Shown: one piece after another, positions 1-8,977 of the stretch
How the letters are laid out: every line of letters starts with the position of its first letter
How positions within the stretch are numbered: the stretch's first letter is position 1
Assembly: GCA_963805625.1 (NCBI GenBank)
Contig: CAWDVE010000024.1
Span: forward strand, 1-64,000
Direction: 5' to 3'
DNA: 64,000 bases
From: an uncultured Candidatus Rokubacteria bacterium
Lineage (GTDB): Bacteria > Methylomirabilota > Methylomirabilia > Rokubacteriales > DASRDR01
Program-made: the position numbers and the translations under genes
The notes under the pieces: generated by a model
What the model saw: only the letters and a program-made list of their open reading frames with translations
Told to the model about the DNA's origin: nothing
The model's database searches: none

Positions 1-505
1 CGACGTGGGACCGGCAGTGGGGGCGGCCGCGGCCCCCCCGCGCGGGATGGAGGCGCTCACCCTGTTCCTCGCGCTGCGGGCGTTCGCGTCAGGGTGCGCC
101 GCGCTCACGGGGATCGAGGCCGTCTCCGATGGGGTCCCGGCCTTCCGGACGCCTGAAGCGCAGAACGCTCGCCAGGTGCTCGCGGCCCTCGGCCTGATCC
201 TGATCGTCCTGTTCGTGGGCATCACGTTCCTGGTCTACGTGTTTCACGTGGTGCCGGTCGCGGGCGAGACGACGAACTCCCAGCTGGCACGCCTGGTCTT
301 CGGACAGTCGCCCCTCTACTATCTCGTGCAGGGCGTAACGGCCTTGATCCTGGTCTTGGCCGCCAACACGAGCTTCGCGGACTTCCCCCGGGTCGCTTCC
401 TTCCTCGCGCGCGACGGTTTCGTGCCGCGTCAGTTGGCGAACCGAGGGGACCGACTCGCGTACTCGAACGGCATCCTCATCCTGACGGTGCTCACAAGCC
501 CCTGA
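1..505 (+). pseudogene. Truncated KimA/YdaO-like APC-family permease (5' end outside window, C-terminal half missing)
   Basis: Aligns with the middle of the next gene (GCAALTGIEAVSDGVPAF, ANTSFADFPR, NRGDRLAYSNGI), then stops abruptly at LTVLTSP*. Its TGA overlaps the next ATG. Confidence 0.75.
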
Positions 506-2328
506 TGTCCGTCCAGAACGTCAAGCGGATTCTCCTGGGCACGCCCATTCCGACCGCGCACGCGGCCCACGAGCGGCTGGGGCCTCTGACCGGCCTCGCG
601 ATCTTCGCGTCCGATGCCCTTTCCTCCGTGGCTTACGCGACGGAGGAGATCCTGCTGATCCTCATGCTGGCCAGCTCGGCCGCGCTGGCGCTCGCGTTCC
701 CGATCGCGGTGGCCATCGGCGCCCTCATCGCGATCGTCGTGAGCTCCTACCGGCAGACGATCCTCGCGTATCCCCAGGGGGGCGGATCCTACATCGTCAC
801 CCGCGAGAACCTCGGACGCTATCCGAGCCTCGTTGCCGGGGCGGCACTCATGGTCGACTACGTCCTCACCGTCGCGGTGAGCGTCGCCGCCGGGATCGCG
901 GCGATCACGTCGGCGATCCGGCCGCTCTACCCCTATCGGGTGACGCTGTGCATCATCGGCGTGGTCGTCATCGCGATCGGGAACCTCCGCGGCGTGCGCG
1001 AATCGGGCCGGCTCTTCGCCTTGCCCACCTATCTGTTTCTCGGCGCCTACTTCCTCCTGATCAGCTGGGGCGGGCTTCAGTGGCTCCGCGGGGCGGCCGG
1101 TGCCGCGGCTCCTCCCGTTCCGGCCGGCGGCAGCGAGGTGTTGACCGCCTTCCTGATCCTCCGGGCCTTCTCGTCGGGGTGCGCCGCGATGACCGGAATC
1201 GAGGCCGTCTCCGATGGCGTGCCCGCCTTCCGGCCCCCCGAGGCCCAGACCGCCCGCCGCGTGCTGTTGGCGCTGGGCGGCATCCTCATCGTGCTGTTCC
1301 TCGGTATCTCCGCGCTGGCTCACGCCTTCGGCGTCATGCCCGTAGAAGGGGAGACGGTGAACTCTCAGCTCGCCCGGCTCATCTTCGGCGAGTCGCCGCT
1401 CTACTACTTCATCCAGGGTGTGACGATGCTGATCCTCATCCTGGCGGCCAATACGAGCTTCGCGGACTTCCCCCGGCTCGCCTCGTTTCTCGCGCGTGAC
1501 CGGTTCATTCCCCGGCAGTTCGCGAACCGCGGGGATCGCCTCGCGTTCTCGAACGGGATCATCATCCTGGCGCTCCTCTCGATCGGGCTCGTGGCGGCCT
1601 TCCAGGGGAACACGCATGCGCTGATCCCGCTCTACGCGCTGGGGGTGTTCGTCTCCTTCACGCTCTCGCAGGCCAGCATGGTGCGCTACTGGTTCCGGCA
1701 CCGGCGGCCCGGCTGGCCGATCCGCGCCCTCCTCAACGGGACGGGCGCGCTCGCCACCGGCGTGGTGGCGGTGATCATCGGGCTGACGAAGTTCACCCAC
1801 GGCGCGTGGATCGTCGTCGTCCTGATCCCGTGCATGATCGCCCTGTTCGTCACGATCCGACGGCACTACGACGAGGTGGCCGTCCAGCTCTCGGTGGAGG
1901 GCGTGGTGCCCCGTCCTCCGCCGGCCGGGCACGCGGTCCTCGTGCTGGTGGGCGACGTCCACCGGGGCATGCTGCGGGCCATCGAGTACGCTCAGTCCCT
2001 GTCTCCGGCCGCGCGCGGCGTCTACGTCGAGGTGGACCCGGAGCAGACGCGCCGGTTCGAGGAGCGGTGGGCCAAGTACGCGGAGGGGATGCCGCTGGTG
2101 GTGCTGCGCTCACCCTACCGCTCGGTGACCGGCCCACTCCAGGAGTATCTGGATCTGCTCCAGCGTCAGGCGCCGCACGAGATGGTCACGATCGTTCTCC
2201 CCGAGTTCGTGCCCGCCCGCTGGTGGCAGCACCTGCTCCACAACCAGACGGCGCTGCTCATCAAGGGTGCCCTCCTCTTCCGCAAGGGCGTCGTCGTCAC
2301 GAACGTCCCCTACCACCTCGAACGGTAG
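505..2328 (+). CDS. APC-superfamily transporter, KimA/YdaO-like K+/H+ symporter
   Basis: Motifs SDALSSVAYATEEIL, AYPQGGGSY, VDYVLTVAVS, TGIEAVS, LIPLYALGVF; cytosolic C-terminal domain with SPYRS and WWQHLLHNQTA. Confidence 0.88.
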   Translation: MSVQNVKRILLGTPIPTAHAAHERLGPLTGLAIFASDALSSVAYATEEILLILMLASSAALALAFPIAVAIGALIAIVVSSYRQTILAYPQGGGSYIVTRENLGRYPSLVAGAALMVDYVLTVAVSVAAGIAAITSAIRPLYPYRVTLCIIGVVVIAIGNLRGVRESGRLFALPTYLFLGAYFLLISWGGLQWLRGAAGAAAPPVPAGGSEVLTAFLILRAFSSGCAAMTGIEAVSDGVPAFRPPEAQTARRVLLALGGILIVLFLGISALAHAFGVMPVEGETVNSQLARLIFGESPLYYFIQGVTMLILILAANTSFADFPRLASFLARDRFIPRQFANRGDRLAFSNGIIILALLSIGLVAAFQGNTHALIPLYALGVFVSFTLSQASMVRYWFRHRRPGWPIRALLNGTGALATGVVAVIIGLTKFTHGAWIVVVLIPCMIALFVTIRRHYDEVAVQLSVEGVVPRPPPAGHAVLVLVGDVHRGMLRAIEYAQSLSPAARGVYVEVDPEQTRRFEERWAKYAEGMPLVVLRSPYRSVTGPLQEYLDLLQRQAPHEMVTIVLPEFVPARWWQHLLHNQTALLIKGALLFRKGVVVTNVPYHLER

Positions 2329-2762
2329 TCGCCGCGCGCCGGTGCTGCCCGCCGGGCCTTCCGGTAGGCGTCGGGCGGGATGACCTGGCGCGCCCCCGGG
2401 ATGTGACCGCACTTCTTCGGCCACTCCTGATCCTCGAAGACGATGGCCTGGGCGCCCGCCGCCTCGTAGGCCTGGACGGTCCGCCGGACGTTGAGGGGGT
2501 TGCCGTAGCCGGCGTCGCCGTCGGCGAGCACCGGCAGGGACACCGCGGCCGCCACACCCCGGACGTGCTCGACCATCTCGCTCATGGTGAGCTGCCCCAC
2601 GTCCGGGCCACCCAGGCGGCTCGCGGCGACCGGGAAGCCGCCCAGGCCGACCGCGCGAAAGCCGACGCGCTCGGCGATGCGCGCTGACAGAGCGTCGTAC
2701 ACCGCCGGGATCACGACACATCCGGGCTCGGCGAGCAGGTCGCGGAAGGTCCCGGATGTCAC
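2310..2762 (-). pseudogene. Isocitrate lyase/PEP mutase family protein, C-terminally truncated
   Basis: YDALSARI, DGDAGYG and EDQEWPKKCGH motifs, but only 150 aa versus about 290 aa typical. It runs into the 3' end of the convergent gene. Confidence 0.8.
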
Positions 2763-2843
2763 ATCGCGCCCCCTGTGCTACACTTCGCTTCCGCCTGGGC
2801 GTCATCGCGCGATCCTCGGCGGCACGGTCTTCTTAACAAAAAA

Positions 2844-3815
2844 ATGCAGCCTCCTTCAAGCAACGGACGGGCTCTCCTCGCGTTCCGACCCCGGCCTCCG
2901 CTCGACGCCCAGCAGACGCTCGCGCGGTACGGGCGGTGGGGCCTCGATCCGTCGAGCCCCTACCGCGACGGGACGCTCCACCGGGTGGCGCGCGTGGGTG
3001 ACCGGCTGGTGCCGTTCCGGCTCACCGTCGCTGGGCCGCCCGCCCGGCCCCGCGCGACCCTCGCCTTCGCCGAGCCGAACACGCCGGCGGTGCGGACTGC
3101 CCTCCGGCAGGAAGCCGCGCTCCTTCTCGGCGAGCGCTGGGATCTTCCGGGCTTCTACGCAGCCGCGGCTGCTGACCCGGTGCTCGCGCCGCTCGTCTGC
3201 CCGTCGAGCGGGCTCTTCGGCCTGCGCCCGACGCTCGTGCCTGATCCGTTCGAGATGCTGGTCGGCGCGATCAGCGCCCAGCAGGTGAACCTCGCCTTCG
3301 CCTTCGCGACGCGCGTGCGCCTGGTCCGGCGGTACGGGACACCGGTGGAGTTCGAGGGCGTCACCGTCCACGCGTTCCCTACCCCGGCCGTGCTGGCCGC
3401 CGTGCCGGTTCCCGAGCTCCGGGCGATGCAGTTCTCGCAGCGCAAGGCCGAATACATCGTCGGGCTCGCGCGGGAGCTTGCCACGGGTCAGCTCGATCTC
3501 GGGGCGGTCGCCGGGGCGCCGGACGAGGCGGTCATCGCCCGGCTGACCGCGGTCCGCGGGTTGGGCCGCTGGTCCGCCGAGTGGTTCCTGGCGCGCGCGC
3601 TGGGGCGGCCCGACGTGTGTCCCGCGGACGACCTCGGTGTGCGACGGGCGGTCGAGGCCCTCTGCTTCAGGGGACGCGAGCGGGACGCGGCGGCGGTCCG
3701 CCGCCGGGCCCGGGCGTGGCGGCCGCACCGGAGTCTCGCCACCCACTATCTCCTGGCGGCGCACGCCGGGGAGCGTCGGGTCGCCAGCCCGGCGCTGGCT
3801 GCCCGCGGCGCCTGA
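2844..3815 (+). CDS. alkA: DNA-3-methyladenine glycosylase II (AlkA family)
   Basis: DPFEMLVGAISAQQV, HAFPTP, HhH motif VRGLGRWSAEW, PADDLGV, WRPHRS. Confidence 0.85.
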   Translation: MQPPSSNGRALLAFRPRPPLDAQQTLARYGRWGLDPSSPYRDGTLHRVARVGDRLVPFRLTVAGPPARPRATLAFAEPNTPAVRTALRQEAALLLGERWDLPGFYAAAAADPVLAPLVCPSSGLFGLRPTLVPDPFEMLVGAISAQQVNLAFAFATRVRLVRRYGTPVEFEGVTVHAFPTPAVLAAVPVPELRAMQFSQRKAEYIVGLARELATGQLDLGAVAGAPDEAVIARLTAVRGLGRWSAEWFLARALGRPDVCPADDLGVRRAVEALCFRGRERDAAAVRRRARAWRPHRSLATHYLLAAHAGERRVASPALAARGA

Positions 3816-3827
3816 CGGGGACTGACC

Positions 3828-4148
3828 GTGCCACGCTCCTTGCTGCCTCTCGTCGGAGCCGATCCGAATCGTCCGGTTGCCGTGTCGCTCGTCGGGCGCT
3901 ACGCACTCGGTGTGACGTGGCAAGACGGGCACGGAAGCATTTACCCCTTTGCCGTGCTCCGCGTGGCCTGCCCGTGTGGTGCCTGCCCGCCGGTCCCAGA
4001 CGCCTGGCCGACCGAGATCCGCCGCGAGGCGGGGGCGCTGCGCGTCGTGTGGCAGGATGGGCACGACTCGGCGCTTCCGTACGCCGATCTCCGCCGGCAG
4101 TGCCCGTGCGCCCAGTGTGCCACGCCGCGGCGGGGGACCGGATCGTGA
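3828..4148 (+). CDS. DUF971/GBBH-N-like protein with two tandem units
   Basis: Repeated W-Q-DGH-x-S...LR-x2-CPCxxC unit; VGRYALGVTWQDGH is typical of DUF971. Confidence 0.7.
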   Translation: MPRSLLPLVGADPNRPVAVSLVGRYALGVTWQDGHGSIYPFAVLRVACPCGACPPVPDAWPTEIRREAGALRVVWQDGHDSALPYADLRRQCPCAQCATPRRGTGS

Positions 4149-5689
4149 GCGCCCCGCCGCCGCCTCACCGGGGGCTCGTCGTTTCGGGCGTGATGCTGGG
4201 GCTGTTCCTCGGCGCCATGGAGTCGACCGCCGTCGCGACCGCCATGCCGACGGTGATCGCGAGCCTGGGCGGCCTCGCCATCTACTCGTGGGTCTTCTCG
4301 GGCTACATCCTCGCCGCGACGATTTCCATGCCGCTCTGGGGGCGGCTCGCCGATCTCTACGGCCGGCGGAGCGTGTACCTCACCGGCTTGACGATCTTCC
4401 TGGTGGGATCGGTGCTCTCGGGATTCGCCTCGTCGATGACGGTGCTGATCATCTGCCGGACGCTCCAGGGGCTCGGCGGTGGCGCGCTGATCCCGCTCGG
4501 CATGACCATCATCGCGGATCTCTACGGACTCGAGCAGCGCGCGCGGATGCAGGGCTACTTCTCGGCGACCTGGGGCCTCGCCTCCATCGTGGGCCCCCTG
4601 ATCGGTGGTTTCCTGACCGACCACCTGTCCTGGCGCTGGGTGTTCTTCGTCAACGTGCCGTTCGGCCTCCTCGCCGGCGCCATCCTCGGGGTGGCCCTGG
4701 CCGGCACGGATCGGCCGCGCGGAGCGGTGAAGATCGACATCCGCGGCGCCGCGCTGCTCACGGCCGGGATGGCAGGGCTCCTGGCTGCCCTCGTCGAGGG
4801 AGGCCGGGCCGGGCGGTTCGGTCCGGGTCACTACGCCCTGGCCGCCGTCGCGGTCGGGCTCCTCATCGAGTTCGCCCGCTGGGAGCGCCGCGCCCCGGAG
4901 CCGCTCTTGCCGCTGCGCTTGTTCGCGAACCGTATGTTTCGAGCCGCCGCGGTGTCGGGATTCCTGGCGGGCATGGCGATGTTCGGGACCATCTCGTTCA
5001 TCCCCCTCTTCGTCCAGGGTGTGCTCGGGGGCAGCGCCACCGAGGCGGGGTCCGCGCTCACCCCGTTCGTGCTGGGGTGGGTGACCTTCTCGGTGGTGTC
5101 GGCCCGGCTCCTCCTGCGGATCGGCTACCGCTGGCCGGTCGTCGGCGGCATGGTCTGTCTCGCGGTCGCCTTCCTCCTGATGAGCCACATGGGTCTCGGC
5201 ACGAGCCGCGCCGTCACCGCGCGGAACATGCTCCTAGCGGGCATGGGGATGGGGCTCATCATGGTGCCGCTCCTCCTCGCGGTGCAGAGTGCGGTGCCCC
5301 GGACGGACTTGGGTGCGGCGACCTCGGCCACGACGTTCTTCCGGTCGATCGGCGGCGCCGTCGGCGTGGCGGTGATGGGGGCGGTGCTGTCAGCCGAACT
5401 CGGTCGGCAGCTCACGGCGGTGCTGGGAGGGCTGGAGGGCGCCGCCCGGGCGCAACTCGAGGCGCTCATCGCGCATCCGGATGCCCTGATCGAGCCGACG
5501 CTGCGGAGCGCGCTGCCGCCGCCGGTCCTCGCCGCGTTCAGCCAGGGGCTGGCCAACGCGCTACACGGCGTGTTTCTCGTCGGGCTGGGCATCGCCTCGC
5601 TGGCCCTGCTCTCGGCATTCCTGGTCCCGGCGGGGCGGGCCCAGGACCTGGCGCTCGCCGACAAGCGGCCGGCGCGTCCGGCGTCCTAA
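4145..5689 (+). CDS. MFS drug/H+ antiporter (DHA2, EmrB/QacA-like)
   Basis: About 14 hydrophobic segments; GRLADLYGRR, QGLGGG and WRWVFFVNVP motifs. Confidence 0.9.
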   Translation: MSAPPPPHRGLVVSGVMLGLFLGAMESTAVATAMPTVIASLGGLAIYSWVFSGYILAATISMPLWGRLADLYGRRSVYLTGLTIFLVGSVLSGFASSMTVLIICRTLQGLGGGALIPLGMTIIADLYGLEQRARMQGYFSATWGLASIVGPLIGGFLTDHLSWRWVFFVNVPFGLLAGAILGVALAGTDRPRGAVKIDIRGAALLTAGMAGLLAALVEGGRAGRFGPGHYALAAVAVGLLIEFARWERRAPEPLLPLRLFANRMFRAAAVSGFLAGMAMFGTISFIPLFVQGVLGGSATEAGSALTPFVLGWVTFSVVSARLLLRIGYRWPVVGGMVCLAVAFLLMSHMGLGTSRAVTARNMLLAGMGMGLIMVPLLLAVQSAVPRTDLGAATSATTFFRSIGGAVGVAVMGAVLSAELGRQLTAVLGGLEGAARAQLEALIAHPDALIEPTLRSALPPPVLAAFSQGLANALHGVFLVGLGIASLALLSAFLVPAGRAQDLALADKRPARPAS

Positions 5690-5714
5690 TCCCCGGTCAC
5701 GCTGGGAGGTCATC

Positions 5715-6341
5715 GTGGGCCATCCTGCTCGCGCCGAGAGCCTGAAGATCGACCGGGAGATTCGCATCCCCGCCGGGACCGGCGCGGGGCTCCGCATGGC
5801 GGCGGGAGAGTACGTCCAGATCGTGGACGTGGAGGGCCGCGGCTGCGCGGACTTCTTCGCGCTCGCGGCCTCGAATTCCGCCGAGTATCTCTCCGCATCG
5901 CATACCCGGGTCCAGATCGACCGGCTCTTCCCGCAGGTCGGCCAGTCGTTCTTCTCGAGCCTGCGGCGCCCGATGCTGCAGTTCGAGGAGGACCGCACGC
6001 CGGGCGTGCACGACATGCTCTTCGCGGCGTGCGATCCTGCCCGGTACGCCCAGTATCACGTCGCCGGCCACGCCTCGTGCGCCGAGAACTTTCACGCGGC
6101 CCTTCGGGCGCTCGGCGCGAGCTGCCCGCTCGTCCCTCAGCCCGTGAACTTCTTCATGCACGTCGCCGTCCGTCCCGACGGGAGCGTGACGTTCGGCCCG
6201 CCCCAGACCGAGGCGGGCGACTGGGTACTCCTGCGAGCCTTCATGGACTGCCTGGTCGTGTTCTCGGCATGCCCCCAGCAATGGAACCCCGCGGCGAACT
6301 ACCATCCGTCGGATCTCCTGGCGCGAATTCTGACGCGCTGA
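5715..6341 (+). CDS. DUF1989 / urea-carboxylase-associated family protein
   Basis: DVEGRGCAD, HDMLFAACD, SCAENF, PVNFFM and SACPQ motifs. Confidence 0.85.
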   Translation: MGHPARAESLKIDREIRIPAGTGAGLRMAAGEYVQIVDVEGRGCADFFALAASNSAEYLSASHTRVQIDRLFPQVGQSFFSSLRRPMLQFEEDRTPGVHDMLFAACDPARYAQYHVAGHASCAENFHAALRALGASCPLVPQPVNFFMHVAVRPDGSVTFGPPQTEAGDWVLLRAFMDCLVVFSACPQQWNPAANYHPSDLLARILTR

Positions 6342-6361
6342 CGCCGCCGCCGGGCGGCTTC

Positions 6362-6661
6362 GTGAGCCCGGTCACCGCGGCCGAGATCCGGCGGGAGAAG
6401 GGGCGCGCGCGCGAGCTTCGCGCGAGCGCGTGGTGGAAGCGCCGGCTTGGCCGGGAGCGATGCGGCTACTGCGGGCGCCACACGCCATCGCGGGATCTCA
6501 CGATGGACCACCGCGTCCCCCTGGTTCGCGGCGGGCGCTCCATCCGCTCGAACCTCGTGCCCGCGTGCCGGGCGTGCAATGCGGCGAAGAAGTATCTGCT
6601 CCCAGTCGAATGGGCGGCCTACCTGGCCCGCCTGGCGGATGACGCGGACAAAATCCCGTAG
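6362..6661 (+). CDS. Small stand-alone HNH endonuclease
   Basis: CGYC...TMDHRVPLVRGG...NLVPACRACNAAK. The GTG start at 6362 is inferred. Confidence 0.85.
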   Translation: MSPVTAAEIRREKGRARELRASAWWKRRLGRERCGYCGRHTPSRDLTMDHRVPLVRGGRSIRSNLVPACRACNAAKKYLLPVEWAAYLARLADDADKIP

Positions 6662-6688
6662 ACAATCTTTCCGGGCCGAGCGTAGGAT
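6659..6688 (+). promoter_or_regulatory. Putative sigma70 promoter for the downstream structured RNA
   Basis: TAGACA (6659-6664), 18-nt spacer, TAGGAT (6683-6688). No long + strand CDS follows. Confidence 0.55.
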
Positions 6689-6694
6689 GTGCGC

Positions 6695-7041
6695 GAGTCG
6701 ATCGGGGTTACACAGCCCCCTCGCGCTCCGATCCCGACGGACGAGCCGGGCGGAGCGGATCGAGCCGCGAGCCGGCAGTCGGCGGCCGGTTCTCGGTGGC
6801 GGGTGCATGGGCCCGCGTGGTGGGTGCGCCGAGAAAGGAGGTGGTCCAGCCGTGAATGGCAGTCAACCGGTGAGTTGTGAGGTGGTGACCTCCTAGGTCT
6901 TGCGCACCCGTTAAGCAGCGAGGGTGGCTCGCCTGGAGGATCCAGGCACCACCGGCCCCGAGGGTCCCGCGACCTCACCTGCGGGGCGGCCTGCGCCGGA
7001 CGCGGCGGCGGGCCGCAGATGCCCTCGGGGCTTCTATTTCT
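6695..7041 (+). ncRNA. Candidate structured RNA of unrecognised family with a 16S 3'-end complement and an internal sORF
   Basis: Nested stems 6698-6703/6758-6763, 6724-6730/6751-6757, 6822-6842/6888-6909, 6923-6953 and 6955-6964/7022-7031, followed by TTCTATTTCT. AGAAAGGAGGTGGTCCAGCCG lies at 6832-6852. Confidence 0.65.
6852..6896 (+). CDS. Putative 14-aa micropeptide MNGSQPVSCEVVTS
   Basis: GTG start about 9 nt after a perfect AAGGAGGT SD; TAG stop at 6894-6896. Confidence 0.5.
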   Translation: MNGSQPVSCEVVTS

Positions 7042-7064
7042 GGAGCCTGCCCCGGGAGCGGGGC

Positions 7065-7547
7065 TCAGTTGAGCAGCCCGAGGAGTCGATGTATCTCGGC
7101 GCGCGCGGGCTGATACTGAGGCGCGATGGCGAGCGCGACGCGCAGCTGGGCAATGGCGGCGTCGAACTGTCCGAGCTTCACGTACACGCGAGCAAGGTTC
7201 ACGTGCGGGTAGTGGCGGGGCTCGTAGCGTGCTGCCCCCATCGCCTTCCGGAGCCAGGGCACCGCATCCTTCGGTCGGCCGAGCGCGATCAGGTACGAGC
7301 CGATGTCGTTGTAGGGATTGCCGAACCCAGGATCGACCTCGATCGCGCGGTGGCACTCCCGGATCGCCCCCTCGTAATCCCCCTTGGCGGACAGCGTCCA
7401 GCCCAGAAAGGTGTGAGCCTCCGCCGTGGGCACGCACGCGAGAGATTGCTGGTAGAGGGCGATCGCCCCGTCCAGGTCGCCTTGCATCTGCGCGGCATAG
7501 GCAGCCCGGAAGTAGCTTTCCGCTTGCCGGCCCGCTTCGTGGTCCAT
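7065..7547 (-). CDS. Tetratricopeptide repeat protein
   Basis: TPR helices AEAHTFLGW, GNPYNDIGSYL, YPHVNLARVY. Start at MDHEAGR is inferred. Confidence 0.85.
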   Translation of the reverse strand: MDHEAGRQAESYFRAAYAAQMQGDLDGAIALYQQSLACVPTAEAHTFLGWTLSAKGDYEGAIRECHRAIEVDPGFGNPYNDIGSYLIALGRPKDAVPWLRKAMGAARYEPRHYPHVNLARVYVKLGQFDAAIAQLRVALAIAPQYQPARAEIHRLLGLLN

Positions 7548-7856
7548 GTGGAGCTCCGTGGGCGGAGCATGGGCGGGTGCCGTGCTGCGTGTCAAGCCGA
7601 CGCCTGGCGCGATGCGTCGCGTGCAGCGATGCCGGGGCGCTCCCGCCACGGTGCATCCCCCCGGCCGCGAGGCGTTGACCAAGGCACGTCGCGTTCCCCG
7701 ACGTGCGGGGCGAGGGTGGATCGGGGGCCGTGTCATCGAGCGTGAGCGGTCTCGCCATGCATTTTCCCCGCGCAGAGCTCCTGGCCAGGGTGTCCACGGC
7801 CTAAGCGAGACCGTAACACATGATTCCAAAAGACAAAATTGATCGTTTTGCCAGGC

Positions 7857-7886
7857 TTGTCCCTATTCAATGCCTTGTGCTATCGT
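7857..7886 (+). promoter_or_regulatory. Putative sigma70 promoter of the mre operon
   Basis: TTGTCC, 18-nt spacer, extended -10 TGcTATCGT in an AT-rich patch; AGGAGG RBS before mreB. Confidence 0.45.
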
Positions 7887-7926
7887 CAAAGCCAGTATTC
7901 AGTCCGCTCCAGGAGGAGTTGATTAG

Positions 7927-8958
<1,032 letters not shown>

Positions 8959-8977
8959 TCGCTCCGGAGGGTCCGGC

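Noticed and set aside
5689-5715. Guanidine riboswitch upstream of DUF1989
   Set aside because: The intergenic gap is only about 25 nt, with no riboswitch motif.
6832-6852. 16S rRNA gene or fragment on the minus strand
   Set aside because: Similarity is limited to 21 nt. The adjacent helix 45/44 sequence (complement CACCTTCC...) is absent, so it is not an rRNA gene.
6852-6896. Type I toxin peptide
   Set aside because: The SD sequestration resembles type I toxin mRNAs, but the peptide is short and polar with no transmembrane helix.
6695-7041. tmRNA, RNase P RNA, SRP RNA or 6S RNA
   Set aside because: No tRNA-like ends or T-arm/CCA, no GAGGAAAGUCC, no SRP GGAA/AGCAG domain, and not a single long 6S-like rod on either strand.
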